From assembly GCA_944323705.1 (NCBI GenBank), contig CALUTM010000002.1, positions 542 to 64,541 of the forward strand: DNA of 64,000 nucleotides, given 5' to 3'. This stretch comes from Candidatus Gastranaerophilales bacterium. Lineage in GTDB: Bacteria; Cyanobacteriota; Vampirovibrionia; Gastranaerophilales; Gastranaerophilaceae. Below the pieces are notes generated by a model. The model was not told the origin of the DNA and searched no databases. It was given only the letters and a program-made list of their open reading frames with translations. Within the stretch, counting starts at the first letter, position 1; each line of letters begins with the position of its first letter. Below, in pieces: positions 18,986 to 31,232 of the stretch. The position numbers were made by a program, and so were the translations under genes.

Positions 18986-20005
18986 ATGACAGATAATTTG
19001 AATAAAATTTTTGTTGAAAATAAACATTATATAGAAAAATTAAAAGAGAAGCTTAGGGGTAAAAAAGTAATACTATACGGAACCGGAAAATTTTTTAAAC
19101 TCCTCAAATCTAATGATGTTTTTGAGAATTTGGATGTTATAGGCGTATGCGACAAAAAGTATCTGCCGGAAGATGAAGAGAGAAAAGAATTCGGATATAA
19201 CGTAATCGCACTTGAACACCTCACTTCTCACAAAACAGCTTATATCCTTATTACAACTTTGGAACCGTTGTCTGTTATAAGAACACTAAAACGATTAAAT
19301 ATTGAAAAAACTATTCCTATAATAAAAATATCAGCCTGGAAAAGTTTGAAATTTCATATAAAAACATTTTTCAAAAAAACTTTTAGAGCAAGAAATAATA
19401 CTTTTGTATACATAAAAACCAACGGGAAAAAAATTTACAACCCGAAAATTAAAAATCTAAAAGTAAAATTTGTGGGCAGTAATAATTATATAGAAATTCA
19501 AGGACCTATTCTTATCAAAGAAAAAATGTATATTTCCTGCATAAATGATTGTAAAATACTCATCAACAATCACAACCGATACAGAAAAATGAAAATTTAT
19601 GCGGGACATAACAGTACCGTCGAAATAGGAAGCGGCACTACGGCAGAAGATGTCATAATAATATTAAAAGAAAGTCAGGGCAACAGGGTTATTATCGGCA
19701 AAAATTGTATGCTAAGTTATGGCGTATTTATTAGAACGGATGACAGCCATACAATTTACAACACGACAACCAAACAGGTAATAAATGTTTCTAAGGATGT
19801 TGAAATAGGTAATCATGTATGGCTAGCCTCCAATTGTCAAATCTTAAAAGGCTCCGCCATTCCTTCCAATTGTGTTGTCGGAACAAATTCGGTTGTCACC
19901 AAAGCCTTTAATGAAGAAAATTGTGTTATAGCCGGAAATCCTGCTAAAGTCGTGAAACGGGACATAAACTGGGACAGAAGAAATAACAGGAATTTTCCTA
20001 CTTAA
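18986..20005 (+). CDS. Hexapeptide-repeat acyltransferase with N-terminal Rossmann-like module
   Basis: DSHTIY, IGNHVW, NSVVTK, IAGNPAKVVK; N-terminal KKVILYGTG...VIGVCD. Confidence 0.85.
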   Translation: MTDNLNKIFVENKHYIEKLKEKLRGKKVILYGTGKFFKLLKSNDVFENLDVIGVCDKKYLPEDEERKEFGYNVIALEHLTSHKTAYILITTLEPLSVIRTLKRLNIEKTIPIIKISAWKSLKFHIKTFFKKTFRARNNTFVYIKTNGKKIYNPKIKNLKVKFVGSNNYIEIQGPILIKEKMYISCINDCKILINNHNRYRKMKIYAGHNSTVEIGSGTTAEDVIIILKESQGNRVIIGKNCMLSYGVFIRTDDSHTIYNTTTKQVINVSKDVEIGNHVWLASNCQILKGSAIPSNCVVGTNSVVTKAFNEENCVIAGNPAKVVKRDINWDRRNNRNFPT

Positions 20006-22826
20006 TCCTCTTTAGAGATGAGAGAAAATTAAAATTAATAACATCACCGTCTACTGTCGTTAAAAAGACCTGTGCACTATCTTCACCGACTTTGAGCTCA
20101 GGTATCTGCGAAAGCTCTGAAGCATAATAGTTCGCATCATTTCTTCCGCTATGTGAAATCCTGTTTGCCAGACTGTTTAATGAAATATTTCTCAAAAATC
20201 CCGCAAAACCCGTGTCTTTATCCGAAAATTTCGTATAAATTCTTAATGATGCATCGTTGGTCATCAAATCATACCTTCCGACAATATAAGTCGCAAGTTC
20301 ATTTGCGGCGGATTTTATCCGCATCGGCATTATAACATTATCCTTAAGCTTCAATTCACCTGAAATAACATCAAAGCTGCCGTCAGGAATACTTACCAAA
20401 TCGCCTATAGTTGCAGGGCTAATCATAGCAAGCGGGTTTCTGAAGAGTGAAGCGGCTTTCAGAATATACTCAACATACCCGACTTTTTCTATAGAACCGT
20501 TTTGGATGTCAAATAAAATTTGTCCGTTAAGCTTCATACTCTCATCGGTGCTGATTTCAATCAAGCCTCTTGCCTTACCCGTAATTTCTCTCGGAAGTCC
20601 GAGTACTGCTCCCGCCATAACATCAGAGTTTACGTCTTTTACGCCTAATCTTAAATAATATAATTTCTTGATTAAATCAGCCCTAACCTTGAGTGTTGAA
20701 ATCCCCTCCGCAATATCAAATTTGTTTGATTGAATCTGCAAAAGTCCGTCTTTATCAAGAGTCAAATTAGCATGGAGGTTTCCGAAATCTACCTCCTTAT
20801 ATTTGCCTTTATTGAGATGCAACATACACTTTTCTATAATAATCAACCCTTTTGTAAAAGTCGGAGCGTTATCATCACCAAGCATTTCTTCCGAAATATC
20901 TTCTGTTTGATTATCGGATTCCAAAGCCTGTTTCGCAGGCTCAGTCGTATTTGTGTTTGCAAGATTTGCCGCAAGCATCTTCTCCAAATCGACATTATCA
21001 ACAGTCAAATTAACGCTCTTTACAACAATCGGAAGTCTTAAATCATTTACAATATATCCGTTAAAATCGTACTTTGTTTTCTTAAATCTTCCCTGTGCAA
21101 TCGCACCGAGCTTATCACCTTTTGCCCCTATTTTTGCAGTCTTAATAAACAGTCTTTGAGCGGGAACAAAAACTTTATCAAAAGAAATCACACCGTCCAT
21201 TTTGGGAAATTCGCCATTATTATCAATACTCAATTCGCCGGAGACAGTACCTTTTCTGAAAATCTTTTGACAAGCCAGAAAATTCAAAAACTCACTCGGC
21301 AACGGACGCGGAATATTTAAACTCATATCCAAAAGCTTCATATTATCAGCCATATCAAGATTACCCTTGATTGCAAGTACCGGAGTCATGTTCTTTTGCA
21401 GCTTATCCGTTATATAATAATCAATTGTATTAATTCTCAAAATATTTTTTACCACGCTCAAATCAAGCTTAAATAAGGTTTTGTATTTTTCAAGCACCAT
21501 AGACTGCTCTCCAAGTTTAAACCCTTCACCCTCATTAAGCAGAAAATACCATACAACATCACAAGAACCGTTTTTGGAGGTCAAAGTCAACCTCGAGCCT
21601 GCATCTCCAACCAAACCTATAGGAGCCCCGAGGAGTTTGGAGGCATAATTTTTAAAGAAATCATCATTAACAAAAATATCGGAAACTATTTCAGTATCAC
21701 ATGTTTTCCAGTAATCTTTTACACCTCCAAGCATGGCAATACTGTTTTCTTTTTTGTTATTATAATACCCCTTAAAGTCTTTTAAGATTATCTCGGTATT
21801 TCCAATCTCAACTATGCCCTGCGTAATCTTAACGGGCATATTCAGTAAATCTTTAATTTTAAATTCGGATTCGTTTACGTTAACATCGCCTCTGATACTG
21901 TTTTTGCTGAGATGGAGATTAAAATCGACACCGCCCGTCACATCAACAATCGGAGCTAAAAGTTCCTTACCGTTCGGCAATATGATATTGGAAGTCAAAA
22001 TGTTATAAATATCTCTTGCACTGAAATCCTTTGACGAAATATTTAATTCAACACCCTGTTTTCTTGAAGCTGCTGCATTAATAACTATAGTCGATTTATC
22101 GACCTTAATTGGGAACTTATCTACATGCAGCTCCCCGCCTCCCATATAAATACAGTTCTTATCATCCGCGGAAATAACAATTTTTTCCGTACCCTTCGCC
22201 ATTTCAAAATCAAAATCAAAATGCAGCGGATAAACAGGAGCCTCTGAATCCGCTATTTTTATATTCTTGCTGCCTAAAATCTCACGATAGTTTCTCGTTC
22301 TGTCCAAAACAAGGTCTTTTGCGGCAAACTTTATTGCAATATCAGGATTATCATATATTATTAAACATTTTTTCACACCCAAAAGTGCGGAAAATATGTC
22401 AATATTAAAATCACAGGGTTTGGCTTCTTTCTTTTGTTCCTGCTGCGGGAAAAGTGCGATTAAATCAGCAGTATCAACATAGATATTCTCAGCAAGAACT
22501 TTTTTTATAATAATCTTTTTGGCAAAAATTTCACACAACGAAATTTCCGTATCAAGGTTTTTAAGATTCAAAATTTCTTTGTTATCTTTTTTCAACGAAA
22601 TCTCTGCAAGTTTAAACTTTGGATTAATCCCCGTTTTCAGGAAGGGCTTTTCAATCCGCAAATCAGCCTTCAAAGCTTTTTGGGCATACTGTTCCACCTT
22701 TTCTAAAACCAGAGTATTAGAAACAAGTGCGGGAATAATAAACATATATGTAATTACCGCCACACCAACCAAGAGTACAACTGCGGAAGTAATACCGATT
22801 AAAAATTTTTTTGCCCGACTCTTCAT
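19998..22826 (-). CDS. AsmA-like/YhdP-type envelope-spanning protein
   Basis: N-terminal TM anchor, long beta-rich body, C-terminal FDVISGELKLKDNV...IVGRYDL resembling the AsmA C-terminal region. Confidence 0.6.
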   Translation of the reverse strand: MKSRAKKFLIGITSAVVLLVGVAVITYMFIIPALVSNTLVLEKVEQYAQKALKADLRIEKPFLKTGINPKFKLAEISLKKDNKEILNLKNLDTEISLCEIFAKKIIIKKVLAENIYVDTADLIALFPQQEQKKEAKPCDFNIDIFSALLGVKKCLIIYDNPDIAIKFAAKDLVLDRTRNYREILGSKNIKIADSEAPVYPLHFDFDFEMAKGTEKIVISADDKNCIYMGGGELHVDKFPIKVDKSTIVINAAASRKQGVELNISSKDFSARDIYNILTSNIILPNGKELLAPIVDVTGGVDFNLHLSKNSIRGDVNVNESEFKIKDLLNMPVKITQGIVEIGNTEIILKDFKGYYNNKKENSIAMLGGVKDYWKTCDTEIVSDIFVNDDFFKNYASKLLGAPIGLVGDAGSRLTLTSKNGSCDVVWYFLLNEGEGFKLGEQSMVLEKYKTLFKLDLSVVKNILRINTIDYYITDKLQKNMTPVLAIKGNLDMADNMKLLDMSLNIPRPLPSEFLNFLACQKIFRKGTVSGELSIDNNGEFPKMDGVISFDKVFVPAQRLFIKTAKIGAKGDKLGAIAQGRFKKTKYDFNGYIVNDLRLPIVVKSVNLTVDNVDLEKMLAANLANTNTTEPAKQALESDNQTEDISEEMLGDDNAPTFTKGLIIIEKCMLHLNKGKYKEVDFGNLHANLTLDKDGLLQIQSNKFDIAEGISTLKVRADLIKKLYYLRLGVKDVNSDVMAGAVLGLPREITGKARGLIEISTDESMKLNGQILFDIQNGSIEKVGYVEYILKAASLFRNPLAMISPATIGDLVSIPDGSFDVISGELKLKDNVIMPMRIKSAANELATYIVGRYDLMTNDASLRIYTKFSDKDTGFAGFLRNISLNSLANRISHSGRNDANYYASELSQIPELKVGEDSAQVFLTTVDGDVINFNFLSSLKRIK

Positions 22827-22853
22827 AAGAAAATTATAGCATAAAATCCAATA

Positions 22854-25283
22854 TTATATAAAAAGATTAGAATTAGCAGAGCTGCTTTCATGAATATATT
22901 TTGCGACTCCGCCAATCTCCACTCCGTCAATGAGTTCCTCGGGTTTTATCCCCATAACATCCATTGACATGTTGCACGCAATAAACTTTACTCCTGATTT
23001 TTGAGCCTGCTCAATAAGTTCCCCGAGCGTCGAAACATTTTTCTGCTTCATAACCCATTTCATCATCAAAGAGCCGGCTCCACCCATATTCATTTTAGAG
23101 AGCGTCAATTTATCCGCACCCTTTGGCATCATAAGTCCAAACATTGTATCAATAAAGCCCTTTTTCGCATTTCCTTTTGGTTTTCTTAAAATATTCAACC
23201 CCCAGAAAGTAAAGAATAATGTAACCTCAGCACCCGCAGCCCTTGCACCGTTAGCAATTATCAGAGCGGCAAGAGCCTTGTCTAAATCGTTTGAGAACAC
23301 TACTATTGTTTGAGCGGTTCCGCTCTTTTCTTTCTTAATACCGACAGAGCCTTTTTGAATAACCGCTTTTATTGTTTTCTTATCGCTCTCTAGCTCTAAA
23401 AGACTATTTCCTGTGCTTTCGCACCAGGCAGCAATATCAGATTTAAATCCCCTGTCTGTTGCAATGACTTCTAAGACTTCACCGACATTAATATGTGAAA
23501 TCTCGGAGGCGACTTTCATAATCGGTCCGGGGCATTGCAAACCCGTTGCGTCAATTTTGAAAGCCGCTGACAGTGTATTTGCAGCCGGAATTTTTTCACG
23601 CACTTCAACTTTACCCCGCCTGTCCTTTATAATTTCCTTGTACAGAGTTATTCCTCCCATAAGCGAATAAACATTTGTAAATCCGTATTGCTCAAGAATT
23701 CTTGCCGCAATATAACTCGTATGTCCTGTATTACAGAATAAAACAACCTTCTTGTCCCTCGGGATTTCCTCTAATCTTACTCTTAATTTATCTATCGGAA
23801 TATTAATTGCCCCCTCGATTGTGTTTATTTTAAAAACCATCTCGGGTCTTACGTCAACAAGCAAACTTCCCTCAATATCTTCAAAAAAGGCAGGTTTTAC
23901 AAAACCTTTTAAAATATTGTCCGCACTCATTCCCAAAATATTAACGGGATCTTTTGCGGAGGAGTATGGCGGTGCATAACAAAGTTCACTGTCCAAAAGC
24001 TCTTGAACCCCGCCACCGTTTCGCATAACGGAAGAAACTACATCAATTCTTTTTTCAACACCATCCTGCCCAACCGCCTGTGCACCAAGAATTTTTCCCT
24101 CAGGCGTAAATAAGAGTTTGAACATAATCTGCACAGAATCAGGATAATACCCCGCATGGTCACGTCCGAAAATAATTGTTTTCCAGTAACTAATCCCCTT
24201 TGCCCTGAGTTGTTTTTCATTATTCCCGACCGCAGCCGCCGTCATACCAAAAACCTTCAAGACGGAAGAACCTTGAGATTTTTTATAAACCGATAATCCC
24301 TCATCGGCTTTATCCCCCTCATATTTACCCTCATATTTACCCCCGTATTTACCCCTATATTTACCCCCGCAAATATTATCGGCAATAATTCTGCCCTGTC
24401 TGTTTGCAGGTCCCGCAAGCGGAATAAAAGTATTTTCATCCGTAACAAAATCTTTTACAACTACGCCGTCACCGCCTGCATAAATATCGGGTACAGAAGT
24501 TTCCATTCTCTCATTCACAATAATTCCGCGTTCTATATCAAGCCCGATTGATTTCGCAAGCCCGAGTTCGGGTTTTACTCCGATTGCCATAATGACAATA
24601 TCAAACTCAACTTCTTTTTGAGAATTAAGAACAATTTTATTACCCGCAAACTCCTTTACCGCATCCGATAAAATAAGTTCCACGCCGTTATCACGCATCT
24701 CATTTTGAACAAATGCTGCAGCCTCATAGTCAACGGGTGCCAAAATCTGATTTTGAGCTTCGATTAATGTTGTCTTAAGCCCCATTTCAGCAAGATTTTC
24801 AGCCATTTCAATTCCGATAAATCCGCCTCCGATTACAACCGCCTTTTGGATATTATTGTTTCTTATAAAATCTTTAATCCTGTCTGCATCATAAAGAGTC
24901 CGTACAGTAAAAACTCTGTCTTTTGGCATACCTTCAAAATCAGGAAGAATCGGATTTGCCCCCTGAGCCAAAACAAGCTTGTCGTACGAGAGTTTTTCAC
25001 CGTTTTTTAGGATAACATTTTTAGATTCAACGTCAATCCCTATGACTTCACTGTTTAAACGAACATCTATGTTAAACCAGCTCTTAAATTTCTCGGGAGA
25101 AGAGACAAGCATTTTTTCTCTGTCATTAATCACCCCCGAGGTGTAATAAGGGAGACCGCAGTTTGCAATAGAAATCTCATTTGTCTTTTCTAAAATAACA
25201 ACTTCAGCTTTTTCATCAAGCCTTCTGATTCTTGCAGCTGCACTGGCACCGCAGGCACCGCCGCCTATAATAATTACCTTCAT
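22854..25283 (-). CDS. CoA-disulfide reductase-rhodanese-TusA/SirA-DsrE-like fusion
   Basis: GGGACG FAD loop, ANCGLPY redox Cys, GGGFIG, YAPPYS, rhodanese LFCNTG, TusA DATGLQCPGP, DsrE FFTFWG...IACNMSM. Confidence 0.9.
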   Translation of the reverse strand: MKVIIIGGGACGASAAARIRRLDEKAEVVILEKTNEISIANCGLPYYTSGVINDREKMLVSSPEKFKSWFNIDVRLNSEVIGIDVESKNVILKNGEKLSYDKLVLAQGANPILPDFEGMPKDRVFTVRTLYDADRIKDFIRNNNIQKAVVIGGGFIGIEMAENLAEMGLKTTLIEAQNQILAPVDYEAAAFVQNEMRDNGVELILSDAVKEFAGNKIVLNSQKEVEFDIVIMAIGVKPELGLAKSIGLDIERGIIVNERMETSVPDIYAGGDGVVVKDFVTDENTFIPLAGPANRQGRIIADNICGGKYRGKYGGKYEGKYEGDKADEGLSVYKKSQGSSVLKVFGMTAAAVGNNEKQLRAKGISYWKTIIFGRDHAGYYPDSVQIMFKLLFTPEGKILGAQAVGQDGVEKRIDVVSSVMRNGGGVQELLDSELCYAPPYSSAKDPVNILGMSADNILKGFVKPAFFEDIEGSLLVDVRPEMVFKINTIEGAINIPIDKLRVRLEEIPRDKKVVLFCNTGHTSYIAARILEQYGFTNVYSLMGGITLYKEIIKDRRGKVEVREKIPAANTLSAAFKIDATGLQCPGPIMKVASEISHINVGEVLEVIATDRGFKSDIAAWCESTGNSLLELESDKKTIKAVIQKGSVGIKKEKSGTAQTIVVFSNDLDKALAALIIANGARAAGAEVTLFFTFWGLNILRKPKGNAKKGFIDTMFGLMMPKGADKLTLSKMNMGGAGSLMMKWVMKQKNVSTLGELIEQAQKSGVKFIACNMSMDVMGIKPEELIDGVEIGGVAKYIHESSSANSNLFI
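24309..24368. repeat. In-frame 12-bp tandem repeat (ATATTTACCCCC-like, 4-5 units) encoding GGKYRGKYGGKYEGKYEGDK
   Basis: Units ATATTTACCCTC, ATATTTACCCCC, GTATTTACCCCT and ATATTTACCCCC at 24321-24368, preceded by TTTATCCCCCTC. Confidence 0.9.
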
Positions 25284-25292
25284 CAGACCCCG

Positions 25293-27728
<2,436 letters not shown>

Positions 27729-27835
27729 TCATCCCCCTCAATAAAAATCTAATCTGTATACTACTATTGTAGCACAAAAGCAAAATTTGCATAAGTAAAT
27801 ATTTTAGAGTACCATAATAAAGAGGAGAAACGGGA

Positions 27836-28159
27836 ATGCAGAAGATTATTAATCTAAAAAACATAGAGTACAAAGACCCTTACAACAAGGTTTCGATTTT
27901 TGACAACAAAAACAGCTCTCTGACCTTAATTTCATTCCGTGCGGGCCTCGGAAGAGACATTCACGTCGACGAGGAGGATGAGGTCGCACAAATAATAGAA
28001 GGGCATGCCGAGGTCAATATAGGCGGTGAAGTTTATACACTGAAAGCAGGCGAAATGATAGTCATGCCTGCCCAAACTCCACACGGGATAAGTGCAATAG
28101 AAGATACAAAAATGCTTTTGTTAAGACCAAAACATGAACATAGAAAACAGAGTTCTTGA
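27836..28159 (+). CDS. Cupin domain protein
   Basis: HV-x-EDE..QIIEG and MPAQTPHGI cupin motifs. Confidence 0.85.
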   Translation: MQKIINLKNIEYKDPYNKVSIFDNKNSSLTLISFRAGLGRDIHVDEEDEVAQIIEGHAEVNIGGEVYTLKAGEMIVMPAQTPHGISAIEDTKMLLLRPKHEHRKQSS

Positions 28160-28200
28160 TTTTTTATTATGTAGCTGATAATATGAGGGAGTTCACAGTT

Positions 28201-28272
28201 GGGCCTGTGGCGCAGCGGTAGCGCAGAGGACTCATAATCCTTTGGTCGTGGGTTCGAATCCCTCCGGGCCCA
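28201..28272 (+). tRNA. tRNA with CAT anticodon, probably tRNA-Ile2 (lysidine type)
   Basis: Acceptor GGGCCTG/CGGGCCC+A, anticodon arm GAGGA-CTCATAA-TCCTT, T loop TTCGAAT. Lacks the fMet C1:A72 mismatch and GGG/CCC anticodon stem. CCA not encoded. Confidence 0.9.
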
Positions 28273-28277
28273 ATTTT

Positions 28278-28304
28278 AAAAGACTTCCACGGCGGGAGTC
28301 TTTT
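28278..28304 (+). terminator. Rho-independent terminator after tRNA
   Basis: AAAAGACTTCC-ACGGC-GGGAGTCTTTT followed by more Ts. Confidence 0.75.
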
Positions 28305-28341
28305 TTAAAAGGGCGGGAGTCTTTTATACAAGGATAAGGAT

Positions 28342-29238
28342 ATGCAGGTTAATAATCAGAGCTCTATAACATACAAAGGGTTTCCTCGTTGTATAAATAA
28401 CGTAAACCCTATTTATCGCTACAGCCGCAAAGCAATCAATAAAATGGCAGAGGCTACAAGACAAAGAGTGCTCCCTATATCACCGGATTTGGAAGGCAAA
28501 GTAAAATATGTACAGTTAAACGAAGCTTCCGCATGGGATATTAACCCCAATCATTCATCAAAATACGTTTTATTTTTACACGGCATGGCTCAAAATGTAA
28601 GCAGCTATCAACGTTTGTATGAAGCTATTCTTCAAAAAGGACTCGGAGTTTTCGCCGTAGAATACCGCGGTCATGGTACAAATAAGCAAGCTGAGATAAC
28701 AGAAGATAAATTGCGAAGTGATGTTAAAAAAGCTTATAAATATTTAACAAAAAAAGAAGAAATCCAACCCGAAAATATTACGGTTGTAGGGCATAGTATG
28801 GGCACAAGTCTGGCAACAAATTTAGTCAGTAAAAATAAAGATATCAGCTCACTTATCCTGATTTCTCCAATCGCAAGTATTGCAATGGTTAGTCAAAAAT
28901 TTATGCTCAACAAAGAATTAGGGCTCGGTATTCCGCCCAAAGTAAAACAATTCACAGATAAAATTAAACCTTTAAAATGGCTGTATGAGATGTGCTTTAA
29001 TACCATAAACAAGATGAAAGACGTTAAATCCCCGACATATATTATTCAATCCCAGAATGATTCGGTTACAAAAATCGGAGGCTCAAGGAGACTTGCAAAA
29101 GTTGCCAAACGCAAGGGGGTTTTAAAAGAGTTCGTATTCTTCCCTAAAGGGGGACATAATATTGATAAAAACAAGCTTGAGGCAGTATCATATATTCTAG
29201 AAAAGTCAAACAGTCAAGTTTTAAAAACGCACCATTAA
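28342..29238 (+). CDS. Alpha/beta hydrolase with N-terminal ITYKG leader
   Basis: LFLHG, EYRGHG, GHSMG (Ser), QSQND (Asp), GGHN (His). Confidence 0.88.
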   Translation: MQVNNQSSITYKGFPRCINNVNPIYRYSRKAINKMAEATRQRVLPISPDLEGKVKYVQLNEASAWDINPNHSSKYVLFLHGMAQNVSSYQRLYEAILQKGLGVFAVEYRGHGTNKQAEITEDKLRSDVKKAYKYLTKKEEIQPENITVVGHSMGTSLATNLVSKNKDISSLILISPIASIAMVSQKFMLNKELGLGIPPKVKQFTDKIKPLKWLYEMCFNTINKMKDVKSPTYIIQSQNDSVTKIGGSRRLAKVAKRKGVLKEFVFFPKGGHNIDKNKLEAVSYILEKSNSQVLKTHH

Positions 29239-30317
29239 TTTGGGCGGGATTTTTTTGAGGAACGATACCTCTTCTCAGCGGCTTTTGCCTGATTTTCCGT
29301 ATATTTATAATTGCTTAAATCTAAATTAATCCGCCCCTCTGATTCTGTATTAAGGAGTCTCGTTATCTTGTAAGGGTAAAGTTCGTTACCTTTCAGGGCT
29401 CCTCTATTCATAAGTGCAATTATTTTATCCATATATTTTTGACAGTTGACGGGAATTTTCGGGAACCTGTCAATATACTTGCTCAGAGGCATATTTGACC
29501 TGTAACTGTTAGCACTTGCGGAAGCAAGAATAAAATTATCAATAGAATTTGCTCCGCCTAAAGATTCCGGTTTTACATGCTCAACAGTAGCAACGGAAGC
29601 TCTTAAGAGACGTTTTGCCGTCTCCTGATTGGAACGGTTTGCATACTTTACGATAAACGCATTTTCACTGCTGCCTGATGTCGGAAGAAAAAGTGCCTTG
29701 TCTTTCATCTTTTCAAAGGTCGAAACCTCACCGGGCAGCGGTGTAATCTCATCCAGTGAAGTGAGGAAAGTTTTTCTCTTAAATGTATCTTCCTGATTGT
29801 TTACCAGAATAACCTGACGGCAGCGTGTTGTCTTACGTCTCAAATCCAATGCGGTCTTAGGAGACAACTCCATGGAAATCTTATCTACACTGTCAAGAAC
29901 ATTAAATTCTTCCAATTTAAGTTTAGTCAATGCGTCATCATACCACTGTTTTAAACAAGCATCTATCGTTGAATTCGGCTGCTCTATTGCTTGCTGTTTC
30001 AAACGTTCAAAAATCGCCCTCTCAGTCTTTTGCATAAATTCTTTATAAGGAGAAAGAGTCTTTATTGTATCTTTCAGAGTGGAACATTTGTCCAATTTCT
30101 TTTCGATTCTTGACATATCTGAACCCGCAATCATTTTACCCCCGTAATAAGGGCAAGTTAGCCCTCGAAGTGCCTTTAGGGCATTCCCCGCCGTTGTAGC
30201 CGACCGAAAAGAGACCGTATCGGGTTTTATAAATAAATCAGCTTTAGGCAAGCAGACTGCTTTTGGTTGATATTTATTATAATTAAATTTATTTGCGAAA
30301 ATCGCATCAATACGCAT
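29235..30317 (-). CDS. HNH-like nuclease domain protein
   Basis: TVEHVKPESLGGANSIDNFILASASANSYRSN; N-terminal CPYYGG; DTVSFRS leader. Confidence 0.65.
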   Translation of the reverse strand: MRIDAIFANKFNYNKYQPKAVCLPKADLFIKPDTVSFRSATTAGNALKALRGLTCPYYGGKMIAGSDMSRIEKKLDKCSTLKDTIKTLSPYKEFMQKTERAIFERLKQQAIEQPNSTIDACLKQWYDDALTKLKLEEFNVLDSVDKISMELSPKTALDLRRKTTRCRQVILVNNQEDTFKRKTFLTSLDEITPLPGEVSTFEKMKDKALFLPTSGSSENAFIVKYANRSNQETAKRLLRASVATVEHVKPESLGGANSIDNFILASASANSYRSNMPLSKYIDRFPKIPVNCQKYMDKIIALMNRGALKGNELYPYKITRLLNTESEGRINLDLSNYKYTENQAKAAEKRYRSSKKSRPN

Positions 30318-30379
30318 TTATATATCCCTTAAAACAATAATAGCAGGCAATTTTTATTTTTACAAGTTTTGTTACAAAT

Positions 30380-31201
30380 ATGAAAATCTCTATGTTAAGA
30401 AAAATCTATCCTCACATTAACCCCAACTTGAAAAATATCAGGTGGAGAAACCTCAACGATACAGAACTGGAGCAGATAATGCAAGATAAACAGGTGCTTG
30501 CGAATTGCTACGAAAACAGTGTTATACATTCACTCCTGCTTACAAAAAACGGAAAAGAAATAATCAAAAAATTTATAAAAGTAGAAAATAAACACACAGA
30601 CGACCCTGCTTACAAAGCTTCATTTCATATAAATAATAAAAAGAAAAAATACAGATGCGGAATATCGGATTATTACGGGAAATATCTGCCATTATACGGT
30701 GCCTATTACGGCGGAGTAAACGAACTCATCAATTCCGAGAAGCATACGGCTCCGCTCGACCTTGGAATCAGTATCTTGACCGCAAAAATGATAAAAAATA
30801 ACCCCGAGCAAAAACCATTAATAACAAGACTCTATAAATTCCCGCTGATTACAAATCTCTCCTGCGAACGGAATAAACCTTCAAATACTTTCAAATGGCT
30901 GACAGGCAGAAATCCCGTAAGCATAGGAGAAACCGAAATTAATCTTTCACTCAAAAAATACGCAGAAGATGTACGGAAGCTTCTGAAAAGTTTTAATTGC
31001 CAAAAAGACTGTTTTGTTGTTATGAGCGGGTTTAAAAAAGTCGGAGATATCGATACATGGCATTGTTTGCCCGTTATAAAAACGGATTCCAAACAAGAGA
31101 CCGTAACTTTATTAAACAAGAGAGATAACAAGCTTAAGACGTATACTTTTGAAGAGTTGATTAATAATTTTAAAGCAGTTGTCGGCATAAAAAATATCTA
31201 G
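30380..31201 (+). CDS. Calpain/papain-like (clan CA) cysteine protease-like protein
   Basis: QVLANCY (Q..C), WLTG, WHCLPV (His), LLNKRD (Asn), in the order of the calpain triad. Confidence 0.6.
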   Translation: MKISMLRKIYPHINPNLKNIRWRNLNDTELEQIMQDKQVLANCYENSVIHSLLLTKNGKEIIKKFIKVENKHTDDPAYKASFHINNKKKKYRCGISDYYGKYLPLYGAYYGGVNELINSEKHTAPLDLGISILTAKMIKNNPEQKPLITRLYKFPLITNLSCERNKPSNTFKWLTGRNPVSIGETEINLSLKKYAEDVRKLLKSFNCQKDCFVVMSGFKKVGDIDTWHCLPVIKTDSKQETVTLLNKRDNKLKTYTFEELINNFKAVVGIKNI

Positions 31202-31232
31202 CAAAAAAATTTTTCAGAGCTTTTTATTAAGT

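Noticed and set aside
22224-22252. AGCGGAT...ATCCGCT hairpin inside the AsmA-like gene as another in-frame repeat
   Set aside because: Short stem, no GTCA/TGAC ends and no second copy in the window.
22854-25283. CoADR-rhodanese-TusA-DsrE fusion as a novel system
   Set aside because: This architecture is already common in anaerobes; only the repeat insert is unusual.
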